Positions 24,110 to 36,519 of a stretch of 64,000 nucleotides of DNA are shown piece by piece. The notes beneath the pieces are model-generated. The model was not told the origin of the DNA and ran no database searches. It saw nothing but the letters and a program-made list of their open reading frames with translations. Location: assembly GCA_026770705.1 (NCBI GenBank), contig JANJGN010000004.1, positions 172,174,001-172,238,000 on the forward strand, written 5' to 3'. Each line of letters begins with the position of its first letter. Within the stretch, counting starts at the first letter, position 1. Both the position numbers and the translations under genes were made by a program. The DNA is from Isurus oxyrinchus. Its lineage: Eukaryota.

Positions 24110-26801
24110 ATGTGTGTTCAGGGTGTTCAGAAAAGATAGGAAAGGAAAGAAAGGAGGAGGGATGGCCATAATGAGTAAGGAGATCATTGCAGTACTGGAG
24201 AGGGAGGATGTCCTAGAGGGTTCAAGGGCAGAATCAAATTGGCTAGAACTAAGGAACAAAAAGGGTGCAATTACATTGCTCGATGTAGTCTACAGACCGT
24301 CAACTAGTGAGAAGGAAGTAGAAGAACAGATCTGCAGGGAAATTGCAGACAGTTGCAATACAGTAGTTATAATGGGGGACTGTAATTACTGAAATGTAGA
24401 CTGGGACACTGGTAGTGTAAAGGGCAGAGAGGGACAAAAGTTCGTAAATTGTGTTCAGGAAACTTATCTACAGCAGTATGTGTCCAATCCAACAAGAAAA
24501 GATGCACTGTTGCACCTGGTTCTTGGAAATGAGGTGGGCCAAGTAGATCAAATGTCAGTGACGTAACATTTAGGAGGCAGTGATCATTCTATTGTACAAT
24601 TTAAGATGATGATAGAAAAGGACAATATACAATCTAGAATAAGAATATTTAACTGGACAAGAGCTGACTTTGATGGGGCAAGAACAGAGCTGGGCCAGAT
24701 AAACTGGAACGAAAGATTGGGGGAAAAACTGTAGCTGAACAATGGGCTACCTTCAAAGGAGAATTGGTTTGTCACAGTCAAGGTATATTCCATCATTAGG
24801 GAAAGGTGGAACAAATAAATCCAGAGCTCCCTGGATGAAAAAGGAGATAGAAATTAAGATAAAGAAGAAAAAGTGTGCTTAAGACAGGTGTCAAGTAGAA
24901 AATACAATTGAGAACCAAGAGGAATACAGAAGGCTCAGAGGGGACATGAAAAAGCATAATATAGAAGTGAAGCGGGATTAAGAGAGAAGACTATAAGCCA
25001 ACATAAAGGTGAATCCCAAAGTCTTCTACAGGCATACAGTAAAAGGATGGTAAAAAGAGGAGTAGGGCCGATTAGGGACCTAAAAGGGAACTTACATGCG
25101 GACAAAGGGGCCAATTAAATGAATACTTTGCATTCATCTTTACCAAGGAGGTCGATGCTACCCAGGCCATGGTGACAGATGCGGAAACACTGCCACGAGA
25201 AGGGTTCAAAATTGATAAGGAGGAAGTGTTGAATAGACTGTCGGTATTTAAAGTTGACAAGGCATTGGGGCTTAATGAGGTGCATCCAAGGATATTGAAG
25301 GAAATGAGAGTAGAAATTGCAGGGGCACTGGCCATAATTTTTAAATCTTCACTTGACTCAGGGGAGGTGCCAGAGAACTGGACAATTGCAAACATTACGC
25401 CCTTGTTCAAATAAGGTTGTAAGGATAAGCCCAGCAATTACAGACCAGTCAGTGTAAATTCAGTGGTGGGTAAGATTCGAGAAACAATTATTTGGGATAG
25501 AATTAGTAGTCACATGGAAAAATATGGGTCAATAAAGAAGAACAGGCACGGCTTTCTCAAGGGGAAATCATGTTTAACTAACTTGCTGGAGTTTTTTGAA
25601 GAGGTAACAGAAAAGGTCAATGAGGGTAATGCTGTTGAAGTGGTGTACATGGACTTTCAAAAGGCATTTGATAATAGTGCCACACAACAGACTTGTGAGA
25701 AAACTTATTGCTCATGGAATGAAAGCGACAATAGCAATGTGGATATAAAATTGGTTGAAAAATTGGAAGCAGACAGTAATGGTCAATGGATATTTTTCAG
25801 GCTAGAGGAAGGTTTGTAATGGAGTTCCCCAGGGGTTGCTATTAGGACCCTAGCTTTTCCAGATATATATTAATGATCTAGATCTTGGTGTGCAGGGGGC
25901 AATTTCAAAGTTTGCGGAATGTTCTGAACTGTGAGGAGGATGGTGTGGGACTTCAAGAGGACATAGACAAGTTGGTGGAGTGGGCAGATAAGTGGCAGAT
26001 GAAGCTCAATGCGGAGAAGTGTGAGGTGATGCATTTTGTTGGGAAGATCATGGACAGACAATATAAAATAAGGGGTGAAATTTTGAAGGGGGTGCAGGAG
26101 TAGAAAGACCTGGGTGTATATGTGCATAGATCACTGAAAATGGCAGGACAGGTGGAGAGAGCAGTTAATAAAGCAGTTAGTATCCTGGACTTTATTAATA
26201 GGGGCATGGAGTACAAGAGCAGGGAGGTTATACGGAATTTATATAAGACACTCATTAGACCTCAGCTGGAGTATTGTGTACAGCTCTGGGTGCCACGTTA
26301 TAGGAAGGTTGTGAACACATTGGAGAGAGTGCAGAAGAGGTTTACAAAAATGGTTCCATGGATGAGAAACTTCAGTTGCAAAGATAGATTGGAGAGGTTA
26401 GGACTGTTCTCCTTGGAGAGAAGAAGGCTATGAGGAGAATTGATAGAGATGTTTAAAATCATGAGAGGGCTGGAAGGAGTAGATAGGGAGAAACTGCTCC
26501 CATTTGTAAAAGGATGAGAGGGCACAGGTTTAAAGTGATTTGAAAAAGAGGCAAATGTGACATGAGAAAAAGCTCTTACACACAAAGAGTAGTTTGAGTT
26601 TGGAATGCACTGCCTGGAAGTATGGTGAAGGCAGGTTCAATTGAAGTATTCAAGAGGGCATTAGATGATTATTTGAATAGAAACAATGTGCAGGGGTACA
26701 GGGAAAAGGCACTAGGTCATAATGCTCAGCTGAAGAGCCAGCGCAGACACGATGGACCAAATGGCCTCCTTCTGTGCCGTTAAAATTCTGTGATTCTGTG
26801 A
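24110..26801 (+). mobile_element. CR1 LINE decayed ORF2 with 3' microsatellite tail
   Basis: FRKDRKGKKGGG, VVYRP, YMDFQKAFD, RPQLEYCVQLW; ends (ATTCTGTG)2. Confidence 0.95.
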
Positions 26802-26834
26802 TGTAGGCCAGAGCCAAGCAGGTTGCAATACTAA

Positions 26835-27657
26835 GATAAAAGCAAAATACTGCGGATTCTGGAAATCTAGAACAAAAACAAAAATACCTGGAAAAACTCA
26901 GCAAGTCAGACAGCACCTGCGGAGAGGGATACAGTTGACGTTTTGAGTCCGTATGACCCTTCATCAGAACTAAAATATATAGAAATGAGATGAAATATAA
27001 GCTGGTAGAGGGGGATGGGAGGGACAGGAAGAGCTCAATAGGGGGCCAGTGATATGTGGAGGCCAAGAAGAGACTGCCAAAGATGTCATAGACAAAAGGA
27101 CAAAGGGGTGTTGACGGTGGTGATATTATCTAAAGGATGTGCTAATGGGGACATTAAGGGTAACAAGCAGGACAAGCTAGTGGCAGACAGTCCTAGTGGG
27201 GGTGGGGTGGGGGGAAGGGATCGAAATGGGCTAAAAGATGGAGATGAAACAATTGATCGAAATAAATTTAAAAATAGGAGGGAAAAGAAAATATATTTGT
27301 AAAAAAATTATAAATGATTGGAAAAAGGGGGATCAGAAAGGGGGTGGGTATGGAGGAGAGAGTTCATGATTTGAAATTGTTGAACTCAATATTAAGTCCG
27401 GAAGACTGTAAAGTGCCTAGTTGGAAGATGAGGTGCTGTTCCTCCAGTTTGCGTTGAGCTTCACTGGAACATTGCAGCAGGCCAATGATGGACATGTGGG
27501 CATGAGAGCAGGGTGGTGTCTTGAAATGGCAAGTGACAGGGAGGTCTGGGTAATGCTTGTGGACAGACCGAAGGTGTTCCACAAAGCGGTCACCCTGTCT
27601 GCGTTTGGTCTCTCCAAAACATCCCCGCCCCCTTTCCAGTCCCCCTTTTTCCAATAA
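26835..27657 (-). mobile_element. Penelope-like element: GIY-YIG endonuclease C-terminus, 3' pLTR, short inverted piece at 27620-27657
   Basis: GETKRR..DRFVEH...HF..H....RKLEEQHLIFQLGTLQSSGLN; pLTR carries a hammerhead motif; 27620-27657 is the reverse complement of ~27317-27352. Confidence 0.9.
26933..26971 (-). ncRNA. Minimal hammerhead motif, canonical CUGAUGA but GAAAC changed to AAAAC
   Basis: Reverse complement AGTT-CTGATGA-agggtcatacggactc-AAAAC-GTC-AACT. Confidence 0.65.
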
Positions 27658-27881
27658 AACTAATAGTTCCAACAAACTGCACGTACCTGAACAAAGGAAG
27701 GGGGTTATCCTGAGAATCTAAGCCATTGAGACAAGAGTGGTTGTCTCACCAAGCGAGCAGGTGTCAGGAGGGGCCTATGAAAGGCAGGGGGATCGATATA
27801 AGAGGAGGAAATCCTAGAGATCAGGACTGCATTTGGGAACAGGTGGTCTCATCAACCATCAGAAGATGCAGAGAGACAGGA

Positions 27882-28055
27882 TTGTTCGTAAGGACCATAT
27901 TGAAATGTCTGTAATGCTCATTGATTGTATTGAAGCACTTCATGATCTATGTGGAAAAGTTGAAAATGATTGCACTTTTTGTGATGGCCATTTTGAAATG
28001 TTTTGTAATGTTCTTTCAGATACTTTATAAATAAAGTATAGTTTTCCCCCCAAAA
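27882..28055 (+). mobile_element. Short 5'-truncated poly(A)-type retroposon end (L1/Tx1-like 3' UTR) with 16-bp TSD
   Basis: ATGCAGAGAGACAGGA at 27866-27881 and 28056-28071; AATAAA at 28030; clade assignment is tentative. Confidence 0.7.
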
Positions 28056-28634
28056 ATGCAGAGAGACAGGACAACCGTGGATTCACTAGCTGATGGAGTC
28101 CACTCCCTTGCAAAAGGAAACTTAAAAGGCTTGGGTGAGAACATTGTTGTATTGCTAATTTGCTGAGTGGGCAATAAAAGGGTTACTGTGTTTTACCAAA
28201 GTACTTTGTTTTTGTCTGATTCATTGTCAAGTAGAGAAAGGGTCCAAATCTAAACTCGTTAGGATCTTTTAAGGTTCTTATATTCATATTAAATAAATCC
28301 ACCACCGCCACACTCCAGCAGGCATGATGGTCAGGGGGCTGGCCCTTCAAAAGGTAGCATGGCAATGCCTTTAGTGAAAACAAGACTGAGTCATATTCAG
28401 TGTTAACTCCCTACTTCTACCAGGTGGGAGGCCTCAAAATCTCCATGCCCCTCCTCCCCCTGCGTTCCATCCCCTATATGTGTAATCATTGGAAGTAAAA
28501 TAAGTGGGCATGCAGTTCCATTTTGTTCTTCCTTGTAGCACTTATTCAAGGACAATTTGACAAGTCAAACTTGGATCCTAAATTCAATTTTATACTGTCG
28601 GAAGGCGCAGTCCAAACACTCACACATTCTTCTG

Positions 28635-28681
28635 TGATTGATTAAACAGGCTGTGAGTGATCAATTCTAATAGTGCTGTCA
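28635..28681. promoter_or_regulatory. Candidate PBX-HOX + MEIS/PREP composite site in a repeat-free island
   Basis: TGATTGATTA at 28635-28644 and CTGTCA at 28676-28681; motif match only. Confidence 0.35.
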
Positions 28682-29469
28682 AGTCAGTCGCAAAAAGATA
28701 GGAGTGGACAAAGAAAAAGAAATCTGTGATTTTCATTAGGAAAAATCACACACGGGCACTGTTAAGATTGAGAAGTAGGTGTTGAGTTACACAGAGCCAA
28801 TAGTTTGATTGTTTGAAATCAGATTCAGCATTGCTCATTATTACATTGTCTCCAATGAATTTAGCCAACTAAAATAACTTAAGCAATGTAAGAAACCATT
28901 AGCTCTTTCTTTCCTTTGAGTATATTGTATGTGCTGTAAAGATTTTTTAATATTCTACACCGACCAGAAGGCACAGACAATTAGGTCAAATACCACCTTA
29001 AACCATTGAATTAAATAAACCTATTACCTGTTCTTCCATTTCCAACATGTGCAGGAGTTTCGGAAATACTTTATTATTCTGCTTGAATCTATCCCAGGTT
29101 TTTTAATTAGATACGAGAACGCTCCATTTTCTAATTAAATTATCTATTTGTAAAAAAGCTTCTCCTCACCTCATTCCCTTTTTCTTATTAAAACTGAAAG
29201 TAAGTGAACATACATAGGACCATTGAAAAGGTTTGTTTCGAGCCTTGACTTTGAAAACTCAATTTAGGTTTTTAGATTGACAATTCGATTATGCATTTCT
29301 TCAACACAGCTTCATTCTTGTTTTAATTAACCCTTACACAAAGTGCACAGGACTTGTATTTACAACACATCTCATTTCCCCAGTGGCCAGCATTGCATTT
29401 ACAAGGCACAATTTTGATTACATTCGGCCAATGGCTTAAACAACTTGAACTGTTTCTAATGTGTCTTTC

Positions 29470-30230
29470 GCACAGAGTTGGTTCCTTGCTATTACATTGC
29501 TATTTACACTAAATATGAATGGCACTGATAGATGGTTGTCAATCTCTATTGGCCTCTGGGGTAAGAGTGATCGGGGAGGGACCTTTGAAAATAGTGGACC
29601 TATTTCTAAGTAGGGCAGACTATCTCTGTTAAAATACATAAATAGCACAACATCTCCATAGTGCTCCTCAGGTAAAGACGATGAGCTTGACAGGGTGGAG
29701 GAGCACAAGTAGATATTAAGCAGAATAGAGAAAGGAAAGAAGTCGGTTCGGAGCAGACATAGATAGGTCAAAGAAATGAGTCTTTAGAAGGCCACTGAAT
29801 AGTGAGAGGATCAACAAGGCATAATGACCGAAGAGGAGGCTGCAAATTTTGGAAGCAAAAGAAGCGGGAAACAAGATTACATTAATGTTGAAATCACAGG
29901 AAGTCAGCAAAGGGAGGAGACTATAGGGGCGGTTGATGATAGGAAAGTGAGATAACGACCTCAACAGTCATTCTACTATGGTGTGGGGAGCCTGTAGAGC
30001 TTGGGTATTCGGAGGATGTGCCCATTAGGTATGGATGAGAATGTGAGCTGCGTCATTCTAGACTAACATGCAGTCGGCAGATGGAAACAGAAGTTTGTCA
30101 GGAGAGCATTAGAAAATTCATTCTCAAGGTCACAAAGATGTAGGTAAAGCTGTCAGCAGCAGAAGCAGGGTGAGGTAAGAATGGAGATGAGCAATATTAT
30201 GGAGCTGCAAGAAAAGATTTCCTTTGGGCC
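29470..30230 (-). mobile_element. Ancient L2/CR1-group LINE endonuclease-region remnant
   Basis: IINRP..CDFNINV in ORF 29716-29964 resembles the APE YRPP/GDFN motifs; highly degraded. Confidence 0.4.
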
Positions 30231-31009
30231 AGCTGTGTTACACATTTTGCATTGATGCAAACTCATTTTGGTTTTGCACTGCTAGGAAAATTTATGGCTC
30301 AGGCAGGAATTTATTTATTTTAGAAATATGCAATGCATTCAAATGCTATCAGAATTTTGGACTGATTTTCAAACCTTTTGGACTGGCACATTTTGAGGAT
30401 GTAAGTGATTTAAATTCACAAGTAGGATTTTCAGACCTGAAAATGCGTCATTTCCAAAATCTGCAGCAAGGATTCCACACAAAGCTGTTGTCCCTCCAAC
30501 ACTGCAGTGCTACTTTTAAGCTGCACCATTTTTTGTTTTTAATGTCTTAAACTTGTCAGAAGTACAAATGAAGAATGGAACATCAGGTATGAGATAGTCC
30601 CAGATCACAATGTTCCCCCTGTGATGTTATGTTAATGTAATTTACACTATCCTTGTCACTTTTGAGCATGTCTGTTCACTTCTCCCATGGGCTCTGAGGA
30701 ATGGTAGCTGCTGACAGGCAATGGCAGCCTGATTGGCAGTGTGCAGAGTTAGAAATCTGTCCCTACTGATGATTGCCCTGCTCAGACACACAGCTAGGAA
30801 TACGCAACCTCTTGCAAAGGGATATGGAGATTTCATTGCAGAACCTTGGCTAATCGTTCCAAGCATCGAGACTGTGTAATTCATTTTCTGAACACACAAA
30901 ACAGATTTTTTTCTTGTTTAAATCATCCAAAAGGCAAATTTTTATTGGGGCATTTCTTATGTTGGAAATCGGTTTCATTGCCTTATCTTGGTTATATTAT
31001 TGTCGGAAA

Positions 31010-31363
31010 AGACTTGCATAAATGTGGCACCTTTCACAATCACAAGGTGTCCCAAAGTGTTTCACAGCCAATGAAGTACTTTTGAATTGTATACATTGAA
31101 GTAATGTAAACGCAGCAGCCAATTTGCAGACAGCAAGCTCCCACAACAGGAATGTGATAATGATCAGGTAATCATTTTTTATGTTGATTTAGGGATAAAT
31201 ATTGGCCAGGACATGAGGGGTAAGTCCCCTGCTCTTCTTCAAAATAGGGTCATGGGATCTTTAGGACCTCGGTTTCATGTCTCATCTGAAAGATGGTACT
31301 TCTGACAGTGCTGCAGGTCCTCAGTACTGCACTGGGGTTTTAGTCAAGATTTTTGCGCTCAAA
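31010..31363 (-). mobile_element. DeuSINE-family SINE (SacSINE1/AmnSINE-like)
   Basis: Reverse complement TCTTTCAGATGAGACATGAAACCGAGG resembles the Deu domain as I recall it; followed by GAAGAGCAGGGG..CCTGGCCAATATT and tail. Confidence 0.7.
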
Positions 31364-32999
31364 TAACCTTGCTTTGCTTAAAATCATGTATAGATTTTGA
31401 GTCCTAGCCTATTTTTTGTTAAATTATCATTTCTGGGATATTTTGACTGTAGATTTGCAATCAATTTTTGCATGACAGATTTTCACAATGGCAACGAGTC
31501 CTTTTAGCATATATTAACATCTGTTAGGCATGTTTAACAGCCATTAGTATCTGTTTCATGATTAATTTCCACACTTTTCATGTATTGTTATGACTTTCGT
31601 GAATCTGTCACATATATCAGCTGAAAGTACCAGACATAAAGAGAAAGGAATATTTTCCTCATCATTGGATTGAAAAATGTCATAACCATTTAAAATCAGG
31701 TCCTTTGTTCTTCTCTGCATAAAATAGTATTCTGATAAACTTTCAGAGCTAGTTCATTAAAATGTATTAATGAAGTGCATTAAAGTCAATGGCATTAATG
31801 ATAATCACTCCCCCCACCCCCACTCCGACAACCCCATCATGAATTTTCATAGTTTTAATTTAAATCAGGCTACTGTCAAGTTACACTAGCCAAGAGAGGC
31901 CCGAGAGGTGTTCTGTGTATTTTGCAAAGCAGAGATCCTTCACACCATGATAATCACAGACTTGCTGCAGCATCTTAATGGTTAGTTACGTTTGATGTAA
32001 ATTCCATGTGTTACTCTTCAAGGTGGCAAACATTTGATGAAAATTCACACACGGAGCACAGCTTCAAAGCCCGGGCATCACAGGGAGTGGCTGGTGCCAC
32101 TGTCTGCCCCCGAGAAATGAATGCAGTCTATGTGGCATCGCTTTGAAGCAGCATTACGTGATCGACTCTTTAGCCCAAAGTATTTGTCTGGAAGACTTAA
32201 AACCATATTGGAATGGATTAAATGAAAGGTGAAAGAAATCAAGCAGCTATTATTAATTCAGTATGTCTTAGATTCCATAAATAATGGATACTTTATGGAG
32301 TTGTGTGGAATGTGCTTTGTATTTCCATGAATGAGCTCTGGTCAACTGTATCAAGTCACCTGGGCAATAGGAAAAGTTGCAGTTTTGTTTTTTGCATAGT
32401 ACGGTATATTTAATTTTTTAACAATTCTTTCACTGGGCAGTCATTGTACTTTGGAATCGCTTTTTGAAAAGGGGTCTGCTGTCTAATCATAGCATTCAAT
32501 CTATTTCAATTAACCAATGATGGAGGGTTCTGGGAACCGTGACCACAAATTCAGCTCATATCGCCAGCAGTTTCAGCGCTACAGGTGCCAGTTGACAAGA
32601 AAAATGGCATCTGTGCCACTCATGCACAATTCTGGACTTCACCAAATGCCATGTTGTTGAACACATTATAGGGGGTGTTATGTGCATGTGCTGGAAGTAT
32701 GCAGAGTAGGCAATGATTTGATGCCCAACCTGGCATTTTTGATCTCACCATTCCAGTTCAAGTTCTGCTTAACACTCTATCTTAAGTATGCACAACTAGT
32801 GTTCAGCTCTCCATCTCTACACACCACCAGCACTACTAAAAGGGGTCGTCATCCAATTTCCAGGTCAGTTGCTGGTCGCTTTCTATTGACTTGCTGAATT
32901 GTGGAAGTACTAGGTATTTTGAGGAGGTCATAAAAGTTGGTAAAGCCTGCAGAGAGTGATTCTGGACATTGTGAAGACATTGGTTGCTACTGTGAGGCC

Positions 33000-34100
33000 T
33001 CAGGGTACATCACTTGTTCCCAGTCATGGGGTTAGTTACAGAAACCCTTGGATTGCAGCATCAGAGGGAGATGGAATAGAGGCAGGAAAAAGGACAAGCC
33101 ACAAATGGAACGGGGAGGAGGAGGAAAGGGAGAAAGGCTCGCATCATGAGGCCTCATCCACCTAGGGTCTTCAGGGAACACATCTCCTACTTGCACCAAA
33201 GCAGGAAGCAGCGTGGTTGGCAGCTGTGATTCACCAAGGAGGTGATCACTGAACTATATCACCTCTTGGAACCAGAAATACAGCCTCAGAGCAGGTGATG
33301 ACATCATGCCAATGGCTGTCAATGTGACTATGGCCCTGAATATTTTCAGGAGCAGATCCTTCCAGTGTGGAATAGGTGGCATGACACATATCTCCCAGTT
33401 TGCTGTCCAATGCTGCATCCACAAGGTGACATAGGCTCTGTATGCCTGGACAGAGGACTGCATCACCTTCTCTCTAAACAGACAGAAGCAGGAGGAGCAT
33501 CATGTGGCTTTCCCAGGATACCAGTATTCCCGATGGTGCAGCATGACATCAACTGCACTCACGTAGCCACGCTAGAACTGCATCACAATGAAATGCAATG
33601 AGCACCACTCAATGTGCAGTTGGTGTGTGAATGCACAAAGCACATTATGCTGGTGAATGGCCATCTATCCTGTCATGATGGATTCATTCTGTGCCAGTCT
33701 GCTGTTCCACCAATCTTTCAGCTACCATGTCAAATCAGAGGCTGACTACTGGGTGACAAGGTCAATTTGCTCTACACTAAGCCCACAACTCCCCACTGCA
33801 ACTCAAGAACATGTGGCCCATACTCTTATTGTGACAGCCATGGTGCCTCCAACAATGTCATTGGGGTTCCGAAGCAATGGTTCCACTGCCTTGACCACTC
33901 AGGAGGTACTGTACCCTCCAGTGGAGCAGGTGTCCAATTTGTTGTGGTCTGCTGCATCCTTCACAATGTGGCCATCAAGAGGGCACCTTGTCACCATGGG
34001 TTTGGCTAACGCCTCTGGAGGAGAAGAAGGAGGAGGGGAAGGGATGAGTCAGCCGTCCATCCATTCTCCAGATGGGTTGCCAGATGTATGAGCGCACTTT
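33000..34100 (+). pseudogene. Harbinger transposase remnant
   Basis: AVNVTMALNIFRSRSFQ..ISQFAVQCCI, GFPRIPVFPMVQHDINCTHVA, KQWFHCLDHSGG, VVCCILHNVA. Confidence 0.88.
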
Positions 34101-34280
34101 GGTTCCTCACGATGAAACCCCACATTTCCAGTACTCAACAATTTTCCAACTTACCATCCCACTGTTAAAACAGCAATTATGAAATAAAAGCCACCAGAAA
34201 ACAAACATTCCATACCAACTTTATCCAACAAGATGCCTAACATTCAATACAGTACTCAAATAATATACTTTGTACATTCA

Positions 34281-35558
34281 TTTTATTTTTTTCTTATTCA
34301 TTCATGGGATGTGGGCTTTGCTGGCTAGGCCAATATTTACTGCCCATCTCTAACTGCCCTTGAGAAGGTGGGGGTGAGCTGCATTATTGAACCGCTGCAG
34401 TCCATGTGGTGTAGGTACACCCACAGTGCTGTTAGGGAGGGAGTTCCAAGATTTTGGCCCAGCAACAGTGAAGGAACAGTGATATATTTCCAAGTCAGGA
34501 TGGTGACTGAATTGGAGGGGAACATCCAAGTCGTGGTGTTCCCACTTGTCAGCTGTCGTCTTTCTAGGTGGTAGCAATTGTGTGTTTGGAAGATGCTGTC
34601 TAAGGAGCTTTGGTGAGTTCCTGCAGTGCATCTTGTAGATGATACACACTGCTGCCACTGTGCGTCGGCAGTAGAGGGAGTGAATAGTTGTGGACCGGTG
34701 CCAATCAAGTGGGCTGCTTTGTCCTGGACAGTGTCAAGCTTCTAGACTGTTGTTGGAGCTGCACACATCCAGGCAAGCGGGAAGTATTCCATCACTCTCC
34801 TGACTTGTGCTTTTAGATAGTGGAGAGTATTTGGGAGTCAGGAGGTGAGTTACTCGCCGCAGGATTCTTAGCCTCTGACCTGCTCTTGTAGTCACACTAT
34901 TTATATGGCTAGTCCAGTTCAGTTTCTGGTCAATGGTAATCCCAGGATATTGATTGTGGGTGATTCAGAGATGGTAATGCCACTAAATATCAAGGGACAA
35001 AGGTTAGACTCCCTGTTATTGGAGATGGTCATTGCCTGGCACCTGTGTGGAGTGACTATTACCTGCCACTTGTCAGTCCAAGCCTGGATACTGTCCAGGT
35101 CTTGCTGCATTTGGTCATGGGCAGCTTCAGTCCCTGAGGAGTCGCAAATGGTGCTGAACATTGTGTCGTCATCAATTAACATCCCCACTTCTGACCTTAT
35201 GATGGAAGAAAGGTCATTGATGAAGCCATTGAAGATGGTTGGTCCTAGGATAGTACCCTGAGGAACTCCTGCAGTGATGTCCTGGAACAGAGATGATTGA
35301 CCTCCAACACCCACAACCATGTTCCTTTGTGCTGGGTATGTCTCTAACCAGCAGAGAGCATTCCCTGTGATTTCCAGTGATTCCCGTTTTGAAAGGTCTC
35401 CTTGATGCCACACTCAGTCAAATGCTGCCCTGATATCAAGGGTAGTCACTCTCACCTCACTTCTGGAGGTCAGCTATTTTGTCTGTTTAAACCAAGGCTG
35501 TAATGAGGTCAGGGGCTGAATGATCCTGGCAGAACCCAAATTGAGCACCAGTGGGCAT
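34281..35558 (-). mobile_element. LINE family B, RT and C-terminal part
   Basis: WHQG, GVPQGTILGP, FINDL, IDDDT, KSWNSLP; tail at 34281-34350. Confidence 0.93.
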
Positions 35559-36519
35559 CATTTCAACTTGTCACCTCTTCAATTATTCATATACAGTATG
35601 TGAAAGTGTTATTATTGTAAGAATTTTGTTTAATTTTGGCTCGACTGAATCAAATCTAACTTGTTTCCAATGTCTCCTTGGGGAATTGTTCCATAGATTG
35701 AACAATTGCTCACTGAAATATTTTATAAAACAGATTAATTTTCGATTCACTCCTTTCAAGTACTGGTCTTGCTCTTTGGTTCAACCATTGAGCATTGAGT
35801 AAAATCATTTTTTTCTTGCAAAACATATTCCTGTGCTTTCACATTTAATGACAAAGCCTTTTTTCATTAAGGGCCAAGACATTTTCAGAGCTGCACATCA
35901 CCACTTGCTGCTTAAACAGATTAAACCACTTTGTCAGATTTATTTATAATGTTCAAAGGCAAATGGTGAAGCAAGGTACTTAACAACAACACAATACAAC
36001 TTGCTTTTATATAATTCCTGTAACATAGTAAAGCGTCTCAAAGGACTTTTCAGGAGAATTTTCAGAACATTTTGATGCTAAGCATGTGGCAGAAAAGTTT
36101 TTTGGCCCGGCCTGGAGCAGCAGGCCTGCCCAAATCTGCTGTACAACTGTGACGTTCTGGTGGGGAAGCTCACTGCTTCTTGCTGCTTGGCTCTGAGTAA
36201 CAATTGCAGGAGGATCCCAACATGCATATGTAAAACAAAATGTCGGCTTTGGGTCGGTGTTGGATGGGCATCCTTTCCATTTGCTCATTTGAACTGGAAA
36301 AATCATGAACAGTCGGCTGACAGTTCCAGAGTAGTCCATTAATGCAGAAAATTTTAGCTGCCCTCGTTAGATGTTTTAACACAGTTATGTTCAATTAATT
36401 GGCATCTTATAGTACATGAATGAAACTTCAAAGCGATGTCAAGCTGGGAAACGGCGATGTCTTAGTCTTGGAATGTGAGAAAGATTTACATATCCAGACA
36501 ACTCATCGTTGGGAATCAT

